DNA of 64,000 nucleotides from Acidimicrobiia bacterium. GTDB taxonomy: Bacteria; Actinomycetota; Acidimicrobiia; Spongiisociales; UBA11373. Made by a program: the position numbers and the translations under genes. The notes beneath the pieces were generated by a model. It was not told the DNA's origin. It searched no databases and saw only the letters and a program-made list of their open reading frames with translations. The DNA lies in the NCBI GenBank assembly GCA_040878325.1, contig JBBDMM010000010.1:186001-250000 (forward strand), written 5' to 3'. Shown here one piece after another: positions 18,044 through 28,086 of this stretch. How positions within the stretch are numbered: position 1 is the first letter of the stretch; each line of letters opens with the position of its first letter.

Positions 18044-20500
18044 CTAGTCCTCGGCGACGTAGACCCACACCGATACCCGGACCACGGTGTCCTCGGTGAT
18101 CGGCGACCCCGGTGACGGGTTGGTGTCGATGACCTCGTTGTGGTCGGCGGACACCGAGGTCTCGATCTCGATGTACACCCAATCGAAGTCGATTCCCGTC
18201 TGGTTCCGGTGAGCCCGCAGGGTGTCGCCGGCCACGCCGCGCTTCATGCCGGTCACATCCGGCAGGGCTGTCGTCGGCGACTGGGCGTTGGAGACCTCGA
18301 CTTCGATCGTCGTCCCCTGTGACACCCTGGTGCCCGGAGGCGGGTTGGTGGCGACCACGCGGTTGCGCGGTTCGTCGGAGTTCACCGACCGGATTTCGAC
18401 TCCCAGACCCGCGGCGAGGATCTCGTCTCGCGCTCGATCGATGGTCAGTCCGATGACATCGGGGATCTCTACCCGCGGCAAGGTGTAGTAGACGTCGATG
18501 CCGGGCGGATCCTCGGGGAAGTTCTCCACTGGGACGTCCTGAAGCACATAGGTCATGAACTCTTTCCAGATCGGCGCGGGGGCGCTGCTCCCGAACATCC
18601 GGGGAATGAATCGACCCTTGATCGTCAGGTTCAGCATCGCGAGTTGCGCGTCGGGATAGCCGACCCACACTGCGGTGCTGAACTGCGGGACCGAGCCCAC
18701 GAACCAGGCGTCGGAGTTCCCCTCGTGGGTCCCCGTCTTGCCGATCTGGGGACGGCCGATGTCGGCGGCGCCACCGGTGCCGAGGGTGATGACCTTTTCC
18801 ATCGTGTTGATGGCGGATGCCGCCAGCGCCGGTTCGAGCACCTGCCGGCCCTCGACCTGATGTTGATAGATCACGTTGCCGTCGTTGTCTTCGATCCGTT
18901 CGATCAGGTAGTTGGCGACGTAGACGCCCTGGTTGGCGATCGTCGAATAGGCGCTGGCCATCTCGAGGGGGCTGACGGCGGCCGCACCGAGCACGATGGC
19001 GGGCACCTCGGCGATCGGCGAGCGGATCCCCATGCGGTGGGCGACATCGACGATGTTCTCGGCACCCACCGCGATCGCCACCTGGCAGAACACGGTGTTC
19101 GTCGACAGGTAGAGAGCGGCTTCGAGCGTCCGGACCCCCGGTGGGTTGTTACCCGCATTGGCGCACACCCAGGGCTCGATTCCCCCGAAATCGAGCGTCT
19201 GCGGTGTGCTGTAGTCCCAGTAGGAGTTGAGGACGATGCCTTGCTCGAGGGCGGCGATCATCCCGAACGGCTTGAAGGCGGAACCTGGGTTGCGGCGTCC
19301 CTTGGTGGCGAGGTCGTACTGACGCTGGCCGGCCTCGAGGTCGGTGCCGAAGTCGAGTCCCGATGCCATCACGACGGTGGCACCCGTGCGATTGTCGACC
19401 ATGGCGATGGCGCCGGTGGGGAGATCCTGGCCGGGGGGGAACCAGTCCTGAAGAATCGATCGGGCGTACTCCTGCAGTTCGAAGTCGACGGTGGTGTACA
19501 CCTTCAACCCGCCGCCGCCCTCACACTCTGTGTCGTGGGCCGGGCAGCCGAAGAGCGCTCGCTTCCTCTGCAGGTAGGACGACCCGAGCCCGAAGCGGGA
19601 GTCGTTGAGCAGCGCGTCGCGGGCGGCAATCAGCACCTGCGGCGCCGGGTCCTGGAAGTCCTCGTGTACCACCGTCGTGATCGGGGTGTCCTTGGCCCGC
19701 TCGCCGTCCTGCTCGGTGATCCAGCCCTCCTCGACCATGTTGTCGATCACCGCGTTGCGGGCCCGCAGGGGGATCTCGCTGTCGTTGCGCAGGTTGTACA
19801 GCGAAGGGTTGCGGATGGGCACCGGGAGCGCGGCTGCCTCGGCGATGGTCAGCTGATCGAGCTCTTTGCCGAAGTACTCCTGCGCGGCCGCCCTGATGCC
19901 GTAGGCGTTCTCGCCGAAGAAAACGGAGTTGAGATAGAACTCGAGGATCTGTTCCTTCGTGTAGCGGCGTTCGAGTTCGATGGCGATGGTGGCTTCCGCC
20001 ACCTTGCGCTCGAGGGTCGGCTCACTTCCGACAAAATTCTGTTTGACGACCTGCTGGGTGATCGTCGAGCCGCCCTGGGTCTGCCCGCCGGTCAGGTCGG
20101 CGAACAGCGCCCGCATCACTGATTGGTAGTCGACTCCACCGTGGTCCATGAATCCGTCGTCCTCGGCGGCGAGCACGGCGAAGATCACCAGGTCGGGGAT
20201 CTCCTCGATCGGCACCGGCTGGCTGTTGCGTTCCGTGAGCTGGCCGAGCACCACGCCGTCGGCCGTATAGACGGTCGACAGACTGCCGAGGTCGGGGAAG
20301 TCGAGCTGCATCGCCTCGACGTCCGGGATCCACTCTTCGCGCAGGTCGAGCAGGGTTCCGTTGGCGCTGTTCGCCCCGAGGAACACGAACAGGCCCATCC
20401 AGGTGGAGGAGATCAGGACGATTGCAGCGAGCACGGCGAATGCCACGAAACGCCGGCCGCTTCGCTCGAGACGCTCCGCCTCGTGGATGGAGATGTCCAT
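18044..20500 (-). CDS. Class A penicillin-binding protein (transglycosylase-transpeptidase) with PASTA domains
   Basis: AAEDD, GGSTITQQ, RKVAE, KEQILEFYLN; SAFK, STN, KTGT; two C-terminal PASTA-like units; GAGGA RBS before ATG 20500. Confidence 0.93.
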   Translation of the reverse strand: MDISIHEAERLERSGRRFVAFAVLAAIVLISSTWMGLFVFLGANSANGTLLDLREEWIPDVEAMQLDFPDLGSLSTVYTADGVVLGQLTERNSQPVPIEEIPDLVIFAVLAAEDDGFMDHGGVDYQSVMRALFADLTGGQTQGGSTITQQVVKQNFVGSEPTLERKVAEATIAIELERRYTKEQILEFYLNSVFFGENAYGIRAAAQEYFGKELDQLTIAEAAALPVPIRNPSLYNLRNDSEIPLRARNAVIDNMVEEGWITEQDGERAKDTPITTVVHEDFQDPAPQVLIAARDALLNDSRFGLGSSYLQRKRALFGCPAHDTECEGGGGLKVYTTVDFELQEYARSILQDWFPPGQDLPTGAIAMVDNRTGATVVMASGLDFGTDLEAGQRQYDLATKGRRNPGSAFKPFGMIAALEQGIVLNSYWDYSTPQTLDFGGIEPWVCANAGNNPPGVRTLEAALYLSTNTVFCQVAIAVGAENIVDVAHRMGIRSPIAEVPAIVLGAAAVSPLEMASAYSTIANQGVYVANYLIERIEDNDGNVIYQHQVEGRQVLEPALAASAINTMEKVITLGTGGAADIGRPQIGKTGTHEGNSDAWFVGSVPQFSTAVWVGYPDAQLAMLNLTIKGRFIPRMFGSSAPAPIWKEFMTYVLQDVPVENFPEDPPGIDVYYTLPRVEIPDVIGLTIDRARDEILAAGLGVEIRSVNSDEPRNRVVATNPPPGTRVSQGTTIEVEVSNAQSPTTALPDVTGMKRGVAGDTLRAHRNQTGIDFDWVYIEIETSVSADHNEVIDTNPSPGSPITEDTVVRVSVWVYVAED

Positions 20501-20598
20501 GGGTGTCCTCAACGAGAGACGTAAGGGGAGGGGAAAGAGTTCCGGGGTAGCATCCGCTCGACCTCAGAGGGGAAGCCTGACCGCTTGTCAGTGTAACG

Positions 20599-22188
20599 AT
20601 GGCCGATATATCCGATACCCCCCGCCACACCTCGAGCGGCATCGAGATCGAACCGATTTACGGCCCTGAGACCCTCGAATCGTGGGACGCCGATGTCGCT
20701 CTCGGTGCTCCTGGTTCCTTCCCTTTCACGCGCGGTCCCCACCCCACCATGTATCGCGGTCGGCTGTGGACGATGCGCCAATACGCAGGTTTCGGCACGG
20801 CCGACGCCACGAATGAGCGTTTCCGGTCTCTCCTTGAAGCGGGCCAGACCGGGCTCTCGGTTGCGTTCGACCTGCCGACCCAGATGGGTCTCGATTCCGA
20901 CGCTCCGATCGCGCGCGGTGAGGTGGGGAAAGTGGGTGTCGCCATCGACTCGGTGGACGACATGCGCCGTCTACTGGCCGGGATCCCCCTTGGGGACGTG
21001 TCGACCTCGATGACGATCAATTCGACCGCGGCGATCCTGCTGCTCCTCTACCAGATCGTCGCCGAGGAAGCCGGGGTGCCGGCCGATCGGATCCGCGGCA
21101 CCGTCCAGAACGACATCCTCAAGGAATACTCGGCTCGGGGCACCTACATCTATCCGCCGGGTCCGTCCATGAGGCTGGTGACGGACCTGTTCCGGTACTG
21201 CGGAGCCGAGCTGCCCGCCTGGAACACGATCTCGGTGAGCGGTTACCACGTGCGCGAAGCGGGCTCAACCGCGGCGGAGGAGATCGGAATCACGATCTCG
21301 AACGGGCTCGCCTACCTGAAGGCGGCGTCCGCCGCCGGCCTCGACATCGACACCGTCGCCCCGCGGGTGTCCTTCTTCTGGAACGGGCATTCGAACTTCT
21401 TCGAGGAGATCGCCAAGTACCGCGCCGCCCGCCGCATCTGGGCACATGAGATGCGCGACACATTCGGCGCCACCGACCCCGACTCGTGGAAGATGCGGTT
21501 CCACACCCAGACGGCGGGCAGCAGCCTCAGCGCCCAACAGCCCGAGAACAACATCGTCCGCACCGCGCTCGAAGCGTTGGCCGCGGTGCTCGGGGGCACC
21601 CAGTCGCTGCACACCAATGCGTTCGACGAGGCGCTTGGTCTCCCGACCGACCACTCGGCGCGGATCGCTTTGCGCACCCAGCAGATCATCGCCTACGAGT
21701 CGGGAGTCGCCGACACGGTGGACCCGCTGGCCGGGTCATACTTCGTCGAGTCCCTCACCGACGCGGTGGAGGAGGCGGCACGGGCGGTCATGCGCGAGAT
21801 CGAGGCGGCCGGGGGAGCGGTGGCCGCCCTCGAGGCGGGAGTGGTACAGCGCATCATCGAGGACTCGGCCTACCGCGAGGCCCGCCGGGTCGAGTCGGGC
21901 GAGTCGGTGGTGGTGGGGGTAAACCGCTTCGTCGACGGCGCGCAGTCAGAAGTGCCGGCGATGGCCGTCGACCATTCGGTCGAGAAGGACCAGGCCGCCC
22001 GCCTGAATGAACTGCGCGCCAACCGGGACTCCAAGGAGGTCGAAGCCGCCCTCGACGCGGTTCGCACCACCGCCGCCAACGACGGCAACCTGCTGTACCC
22101 AATGAAGACCGCCCTGGAACGAAACGCCACCCTTGGCGAAGTGTCGGCAGCACTGGCGGATGTGTTCGGTCGGTATCGACCGGGATGA
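20599..22188 (+). CDS. Methylmalonyl-CoA mutase family, substrate-binding (large) subunit without B12-binding domain
   Basis: [44 protein letters not shown]; no DxHxxG domain. Confidence 0.93.
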   Translation: MADISDTPRHTSSGIEIEPIYGPETLESWDADVALGAPGSFPFTRGPHPTMYRGRLWTMRQYAGFGTADATNERFRSLLEAGQTGLSVAFDLPTQMGLDSDAPIARGEVGKVGVAIDSVDDMRRLLAGIPLGDVSTSMTINSTAAILLLLYQIVAEEAGVPADRIRGTVQNDILKEYSARGTYIYPPGPSMRLVTDLFRYCGAELPAWNTISVSGYHVREAGSTAAEEIGITISNGLAYLKAASAAGLDIDTVAPRVSFFWNGHSNFFEEIAKYRAARRIWAHEMRDTFGATDPDSWKMRFHTQTAGSSLSAQQPENNIVRTALEALAAVLGGTQSLHTNAFDEALGLPTDHSARIALRTQQIIAYESGVADTVDPLAGSYFVESLTDAVEEAARAVMREIEAAGGAVAALEAGVVQRIIEDSAYREARRVESGESVVVGVNRFVDGAQSEVPAMAVDHSVEKDQAARLNELRANRDSKEVEAALDAVRTTAANDGNLLYPMKTALERNATLGEVSAALADVFGRYRPG

Positions 22189-22197
22189 GTCTCCTGA

Positions 22198-23037
22198 ATG
22201 CCCCTCCTCCTCGCCGCTTTCGCTTCCGTGACCTTTGGCGTCGCCGACTTCGTCGGTGGGTTTGCGTCCCGCCGCACGGCTGCGGTCACCGTGGTCGCCG
22301 GGTCGCAGGCGGTCGCGCTGGTGGCGATCTTCGCCGCGGCGCCGCTGTTCAGCGATGGGGCGCCCCCATTCGCCGACCTCGCCTGGGGCTTTGGGGCAGG
22401 TCTCGCCGGGTCGGTGGGGCTAGCGGTCTTCTATCACGCGCTGGCGACCACCCGGATCGGGGTGGCCGCCCCGGTGGCGTCGGTGGTGAGCACGCTGGTG
22501 CCGGTGGTTTTCGGGATCGTCACCGGCGAGCGTCCCGCCGCCCTCGCCTGGGTGGGGATGGTTTTGGCGCTGCCGGCGATGCTGCTGCTCCCGGCGAGCG
22601 GTTCTGCGGATCCGAGTGGTACCAGAGGCCATCGGGCCGCCTACCTCGGGGCGGTGGCGGGCTTCGGCTTCGGACTATTCGGCATCCTGATCTCCCGCAC
22701 CGCGGCCGAGTCAGGGATGTGGCCGCTGGCGGGAGCAAGGGTGGGATCGCTGGCCCTCATGGCGGTCCTGGTGCCGTTGATGAGGGCGCGCTACCTGCCC
22801 CGGCGTGACGCCTGGCCCACGATCGCCACGGCGGGCATCCTCGACATGGCCGCCAACGTGCTCTTCCTGATCGCGGTGCGGAAGGAGTTGCTGTCGGTGG
22901 TCGCGGTGATCATGTCGTTCTATCCGACCTCGACGATGGTGCTGGCGAGGATGGTGTTCGGAGAACGAACAGTGCGAAGGCAGTTGGCCGGCCTCGCGCT
23001 GGCGGCCGTGGCAGTGACTTTGATCGCGGTGGGGTAG
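22198..23037 (+). CDS. EamA/DMT-family transporter
   Basis: About 10 TMs; GVADFVGG, GERP, FGER. Confidence 0.88.
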   Translation: MPLLLAAFASVTFGVADFVGGFASRRTAAVTVVAGSQAVALVAIFAAAPLFSDGAPPFADLAWGFGAGLAGSVGLAVFYHALATTRIGVAAPVASVVSTLVPVVFGIVTGERPAALAWVGMVLALPAMLLLPASGSADPSGTRGHRAAYLGAVAGFGFGLFGILISRTAAESGMWPLAGARVGSLALMAVLVPLMRARYLPRRDAWPTIATAGILDMAANVLFLIAVRKELLSVVAVIMSFYPTSTMVLARMVFGERTVRRQLAGLALAAVAVTLIAVG

Positions 23038-23055
23038 CGCCGGAGGCCGGCCCTA

Positions 23056-23226
23056 CCGGCTCCAGCTACAGCTCCAGTCAGAAATTCGCCTCGCGATTAC
23101 GCACGCCATTGGCGATGAGCAATTAGGCAAGAGCCGACCGCGACCGGGATCATTCACCGTTCTGGCTGGAGCCGGAGCCGTGGCCGAAGCTTTTCGGGCT
23201 GGAGCTGGAGCCGTAGCCGGAGCCGT
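23056..23226. repeat. Intergenic inverted pair of tandem hexamer arrays (GCTCCA/GGAGCC type)
   Basis: ccggctccagctacagctccagtcagaa ... ttctggctggagccggagccg ... gctggagctggagccgtagccggagcc. Confidence 0.8.
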
Positions 23227-24984
23227 CTACCGGACGATTGCTAGAACGGCCCCGCCGGCGACCTTGTCGCCGGCGGTCACACGCATGTCGACGATCTCGC
23301 CGTCGATGGGGGACTTGATCTCGTTCTCCATCTTCATCGCCTCGAGAATGAAGAGGGGATCTCCCGCTGCCACCCGGTCGCCCGCCTTCTGGTGAACCTT
23401 GACGATGGTGCCCTGCATCGGTGCGGTGATCGCCCCTTCGCCGTCGGTTGGCGGTCCGGTGGTGGTGAGCTTGGGTGGACGCCGCCGGGGTGCCTGCCGC
23501 CTGCCCGAGGCGGAAGGGAGCGGCATCTCCGGCGCCCACAGCCTCACCACGAATCGGCGTCCGCCGACTTCGACCGTCATTTGCCGCTCGGCGAGCTCCT
23601 CGTCTTCGGGGAGTTGTGGTGGGGTCGGTTGGGTGATCCCCGCCAGATCGAGGTCCTCCTCCACGGTGCGGGTGTGGTGGGTGCCGGCGCGAAACGCCGG
23701 GGTGTCGAGCACCAGCTGGTGGAACGGGATGGTGGTGGCGATGCCGGTGATCCGGTACTCGGCGAGGGCACGCTTCGATCTCGTGATGGCTTCATCCCGG
23801 TCACGGCCCCACACCACCAACTTGGCGACGAGGTTGTCGTAGTACTGGCTGATCGTCGACTTGGCGCCGTACCCGCTGTCGACCCGCACTCCGAAGCCGC
23901 CTGGCTCGCGGTAGTCCACGATCCGCCCCGGTGTGGGCATGAAGTTCCTGGCCGGGTCTTCGGCGTTGATTCGGAACTCGATGGCGTGCCCGCGGGGCGA
24001 CACTTCTGATATCGACAGGGGCTCGCCCATTGCCACCCGAAGCTGCTCCCGCACCAGATCGACGCCGGTGACCATTTCGGTGACGGTGTGTTCGACCTGT
24101 AGCCGGGTGTTCATCTCGAGGAAGTACAGATCGCCCTTCTGATCGAGCAGGAACTCGACAGTCCCGGCATTCACATACCCCGCCGCCTTGGCGACTGCCA
24201 GCGACGCCTTGGCCAGCGCCTTGCGTTGCTTGTCGCTGAGTACCGGCGAAGGGGTCTCCTCGATCAACTTCTGGTGGCGGCGTTGCAAGGAGCAGTCGCG
24301 TTCGCCGAGGAAGATGCCATTGCCGTGGGTGTCGAACAGGACCTGGGCCTCGATATGGCGAGGGAATTCGAGGTACTTCTCGACGTAGACCTCGGGGTTC
24401 TTGAAGTAGGCATCTGCCTCGCGACGGGCCGCCTCGAACGCGGCTTCGAGCTCGTCTGCGGACCGCACCACGCGCAGTCCTTTACCCCCGCCCCCGTGGG
24501 CCGCCTTGATGGCGATCGGATACCCGAACTTGGCGGCAACCTTCCGCACCTCGTCGACATTCGCCAGCGGTTCGTTGGTGCCCGGAACGCTCTCGACCCC
24601 GGCCGCGGCGGCGGCGACCCGGGAGGAGATCTTGTCGCCCATGATCCTGATCGCCTCGGGAGGGGGGCCCACCCAGGTCAGCCCGGCTGCGATCACGCGG
24701 GTGGCGAAATCGGGATTCTCAGCCAGGAATCCGTAGCCAGGGTGGATGGCGTCTGCGTTGGACTCGCGGGCCACCCGAAGGATGCTGTCCATGTCCAGGT
24801 ACGACTCGGCGGCAGGGGCGGGCCCGATGTTCCAGGCCTCGTCGGCGTGCTGGACGTGAAGGGCATCGCGGTCCAGCTCCGAGTAGACGGCAATGGCCCG
24901 CAACCCCATCTCCTTGACGCCCCGGATGACCCTTACCGCGATCTCCCCACGGTTGGCGATCATTACGGAACGCATGGAGGGCAT
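23227..24984 (-). CDS. Acyl-CoA carboxylase alpha subunit (biotin carboxylase + BCCP)
   Basis: IANRGEIA, HPGYGFLAEN, GGGGKG, RDCSLQRRHQK, EMNTRLQVEH, EAMKM. Confidence 0.96.
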   Translation of the reverse strand: MPSMRSVMIANRGEIAVRVIRGVKEMGLRAIAVYSELDRDALHVQHADEAWNIGPAPAAESYLDMDSILRVARESNADAIHPGYGFLAENPDFATRVIAAGLTWVGPPPEAIRIMGDKISSRVAAAAAGVESVPGTNEPLANVDEVRKVAAKFGYPIAIKAAHGGGGKGLRVVRSADELEAAFEAARREADAYFKNPEVYVEKYLEFPRHIEAQVLFDTHGNGIFLGERDCSLQRRHQKLIEETPSPVLSDKQRKALAKASLAVAKAAGYVNAGTVEFLLDQKGDLYFLEMNTRLQVEHTVTEMVTGVDLVREQLRVAMGEPLSISEVSPRGHAIEFRINAEDPARNFMPTPGRIVDYREPGGFGVRVDSGYGAKSTISQYYDNLVAKLVVWGRDRDEAITRSKRALAEYRITGIATTIPFHQLVLDTPAFRAGTHHTRTVEEDLDLAGITQPTPPQLPEDEELAERQMTVEVGGRRFVVRLWAPEMPLPSASGRRQAPRRRPPKLTTTGPPTDGEGAITAPMQGTIVKVHQKAGDRVAAGDPLFILEAMKMENEIKSPIDGEIVDMRVTAGDKVAGGAVLAIVR

Positions 24985-24985
24985 C

Positions 24986-26539
24986 CTAGAGAGGGATGTT
25001 TCCGTGCTTCTTGGGCGGGAGGTTCACCCGCTTGTTGCGAAGCATCTCCAGGACCTGGATGAGGCGGGGGCGGGTCTCGCGCGGCTCGATGACTTCGTCG
25101 ACGAGCCCCCGCTCGGCGGCGACATAGGGGTTCGAGAACGCCTCTTCGTAGCTCTGTATGAGCTCTGCCCGGCGGGCCTCCGGTTCCTCGGCCTCGGTGA
25201 TCTCTCGCCGGTGGATCACATTGACCGCGCCCTGGGCGCCCATCACCGCGATCTCGGCGGTCGGCCAGGCGAAGGCGATGTCGGCGCCGACGCTGCGCGA
25301 GTTCATGACGACGTAAGCCCCGCCGTACGCCTTGCGGGTGATCACGGTGACGCGGGGCACCGTCGCCTCGCAGTAGGCGTACAACAGCTTGGCGCCGTGG
25401 CGGATGATGCCGCCGTGCTCCTGATCGACGCCCGGCATGAACCCGGGGACATCGACGAAAGACACGATCGGGATGTTGAACGCGTCGCAGAAGCGGACGA
25501 ATCGAGCCGCTTTCACCGAGGCATCGATGTCGAGGGTGCCGGCGAGGGCGGCCGGGTTGTTGCCGACGATGCCGACCGTGTAGCCGTCGAGGCGGGCGAG
25601 GCCGATGACGATGTTGGGGGCGAAGTGCTGATGCACCTCGTAGAACTCGCCGTTATCCACCACCAACTCGATCAGGTCGACCATGTCGTACGGCTGGTTG
25701 GCGGAATCGGGGACGATCGTGGTGAGGCCCTCGTCCATCCGATCGGGCTGGTCGGTGGGGGTGAAAAATGGCGGTGCTTCCAGGTTGTTCTGGGGGAGGA
25801 ACGAGATCAGGTATCTGACCTCCTCGAGTGCGTGTTGCCCGTCGCTGCTGACGAAGTGGGTGACCCCTGAGGTCGTGCTGTGGGGGCCCGCCCCGCCGAG
25901 CATGTCGAACGTGACGTCCTCGCCGGTGACCGCCTTGATCACGTCCGGCCCCGTAATGAAGAGGTGCGAGGTGCCCTCGACCTGGTACACGAAGTCGGTG
26001 ATCGCCGGTGAGTAGACGGCCCCGCCGGCGCAGGGGCCCATGATCACCGAGATCTGCGGGATCACTCCGGAGGCCATCACGTTGCGGCGGAAGATCTCCC
26101 CGTAGCCGTCGAGTGCCAGCACCCCCTCCTGGATCCGGGCGCCGCCGGAGTCCTTGAGGCCCACGACCGGGGCACCGGTGTCCATGGCCAGGTCGAGCAC
26201 CTTGCAGATCTTCTGGCTGACGACCTCGCCGAGGGAACCGCCGAAGACGGTGAAGTCCTCGGCGAAGACGAAGACGGTGCGGCCGTCGATGGTGCCCCAG
26301 CCGGTGATCACCGCATCGCCGGGCGGACGGCGGTCCTCGATGCCGAAACCGGTTGCACGGTGGCGGACGAACATGTCGAGTTCGACGAACGAGCCCTTGT
26401 CGAGCAGGGCGTCGATCCGCTCGCGGGCGGTCATCTTTCCCGCCTCGTGCTGCTTGTCGACCGCGCGCTGGCTCCCGGCGTGGGCGTGTTCCTCACGGAA
26501 CTCGCGGAGGCGCTCGATTTTCTTCTCTGTGCTGCTCAT
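24986..26539 (-). CDS. pccB: Acyl-CoA (propionyl-CoA-type) carboxylase beta subunit
   Basis: GKMTARERI, SGGARIQEG, GPCAGGAVYSP, DVPGFMPG, RKAYGGAY, KKHGNIPL. Confidence 0.95.
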   Translation of the reverse strand: MSSTEKKIERLREFREEHAHAGSQRAVDKQHEAGKMTARERIDALLDKGSFVELDMFVRHRATGFGIEDRRPPGDAVITGWGTIDGRTVFVFAEDFTVFGGSLGEVVSQKICKVLDLAMDTGAPVVGLKDSGGARIQEGVLALDGYGEIFRRNVMASGVIPQISVIMGPCAGGAVYSPAITDFVYQVEGTSHLFITGPDVIKAVTGEDVTFDMLGGAGPHSTTSGVTHFVSSDGQHALEEVRYLISFLPQNNLEAPPFFTPTDQPDRMDEGLTTIVPDSANQPYDMVDLIELVVDNGEFYEVHQHFAPNIVIGLARLDGYTVGIVGNNPAALAGTLDIDASVKAARFVRFCDAFNIPIVSFVDVPGFMPGVDQEHGGIIRHGAKLLYAYCEATVPRVTVITRKAYGGAYVVMNSRSVGADIAFAWPTAEIAVMGAQGAVNVIHRREITEAEEPEARRAELIQSYEEAFSNPYVAAERGLVDEVIEPRETRPRLIQVLEMLRNKRVNLPPKKHGNIPL

Positions 26540-26588
26540 TCTCGTTTGAGTATGGTCGTCTCAGGGGTTCGACTCGCGCCCCCCCACC

Positions 26589-27308
26589 ATGGCTACACCT
26601 TTGACCAAAGTGCACCTCGATACGACTGCGTCCACCCAGGACGACGCTCGCAGGCTGTTCTCGGGCGATCCGATGCTGGTCACCGCGGCCTCACAAAGCG
26701 CCGGCAGGGGGCGATCCGGGGCGAAATGGGTCGATTCCGACCGGTCGCTCGCCGCATCGCTGGCGTTCCGGCCCGGCTGGCAACCCGACTTGTGGTCGCT
26801 CATCCCGCTGGTGGCGGGCCTCGCCGCGGTGGACGCACTGGGGAATGTTCGACTCAAGTGGCCCAACGATGTCGTACGCGGCAAGGAAAAGGTGGCGGGG
26901 ATCCTCTCCGAGTCCGACGGGGAGGTGGCGGTGGTCGGCATCGGGGTGAACCTGTGGTGGTCGAAACCAATGAGCGGGGCCGGCGCTCTCTGGGTCGAGG
27001 ATCGGGGAGCGGAGGCTGCCCGGTCGCTCGCCTCGGTGTGGGCGGAACGCCTGCTCGATCGACTCGACGCCGATCCGAACGACTGGGGACGCGACGAGTA
27101 CCAGTCCTACTGCACCACGATCGGCGAGGAGATCGCCTGGGAACCGGCAGGCGCCGGTACCGCAGTGGGTGTCGACGAACGGGGACGACTCGAAGTAGAG
27201 GCGGCGGACGGCCTGATCGCGCTCGACTCGGGGGCCGTCCGCATGGTCAGGGAATTCAAGAGCCAAGAGCCAAGAGCCAAGAGCCAAGAGCAGAATCTTG
27301 ACTCTTGA
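26589..27308 (+). CDS. birA: Biotin-protein ligase without HTH; C-terminus encoded by heptamer repeat
   Basis: STQD, QSAGRGRSG..W, KWPND, KVAGIL, GIGVN. Confidence 0.92.
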   Translation: MATPLTKVHLDTTASTQDDARRLFSGDPMLVTAASQSAGRGRSGAKWVDSDRSLAASLAFRPGWQPDLWSLIPLVAGLAAVDALGNVRLKWPNDVVRGKEKVAGILSESDGEVAVVGIGVNLWWSKPMSGAGALWVEDRGAEAARSLASVWAERLLDRLDADPNDWGRDEYQSYCTTIGEEIAWEPAGAGTAVGVDERGRLEVEAADGLIALDSGAVRMVREFKSQEPRAKSQEQNLDS

Positions 27309-27314
27309 TTCTTG
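27257..27314. repeat. Tandem heptamer array (CAAGAGC)x5 with short inverted partner
   Basis: Five perfect CAAGAGC at 27257-27291, then aatcttg-actcttg-attcttg. Confidence 0.92.
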
Positions 27315-27365
27315 CCTCCACGTTCTCTAAGTACTCTGTCTAATCCACATGGACGCAACTGCACA

Positions 27366-28037
27366 ATGACCGTCCTCACCGGTGAAGGCCGGGTGACCAT
27401 CCTCTACGGATCGCAGGCCCTGCCGATGCCGCCGTATCGGTCGGTGTACCTGGCCCGTCCCGACATGGAGGGCCGGTATCCGGCGGTAGTCGTCGCCCAC
27501 GGGGTGGCGGGGCTGACTCCGAGCGTGAAGGCGGCGTGCCGTCACCTGGCGCGCTTCGGGTACATCGGCGTTGCCCCGGATCATCGTTCCAACGCTCCAT
27601 CGACCGCGAAGGAGCCCGGGCGTCCGCACGACGATCTCGAAGACGTCGTGGAGGCGCTTCGCGAGGATTGGCAGGACTGGGCCGACGCGGGCCGGCTGGG
27701 CGTTCTCGGCCTGGAGCAGGGCGTCCCACCGGCGGGCCGGTTGGCCGCGGCCCACAACAGCGCCCTGATCGTGGTGGGAGGGCCCGAGGCGGTTGATGCC
27801 GCCCTTCTCGGTGGCTCCGATGGGCCTCTGCTGTGCCTGGTCGCCACCGATCAGGCCGACACGATGAAGCGCCTTCACCAGGACGTGGGGCGCGGTGAGT
27901 GGGTGCGGTACGGAGATGTCGGGCCTGGGTTCCACGACGAGGGCTCTCCCGACTACCACGCCCCTTCGGCGAAGGATGCCTACGAGCGGGTCATCGCATT
28001 TCTCGATCGACACCTCGGAACGCCGGCGATGGCGTGA
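27366..28037 (+). CDS. Dienelactone hydrolase-family protein with degenerate catalytic residues
   Basis: YLARP..GRYPAVVV, LARFGY..VAPD, AKDAYERVIAFLDRHL. Confidence 0.8.
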   Translation: MTVLTGEGRVTILYGSQALPMPPYRSVYLARPDMEGRYPAVVVAHGVAGLTPSVKAACRHLARFGYIGVAPDHRSNAPSTAKEPGRPHDDLEDVVEALREDWQDWADAGRLGVLGLEQGVPPAGRLAAAHNSALIVVGGPEAVDAALLGGSDGPLLCLVATDQADTMKRLHQDVGRGEWVRYGDVGPGFHDEGSPDYHAPSAKDAYERVIAFLDRHLGTPAMA

Positions 28038-28086
28038 CCGGCGGATCCGGGTAGCGCGGGGCTGCTGCTAGAAAGGCACAACCTCG

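Noticed and set aside
26563..26589. tRNA-3'-like string AGGGGTTCGACTCGCGCCCCCCCACCA
   Set aside because: T-stem does not pair and there is no D or anticodon arm; it sits in a 49-bp divergent promoter gap
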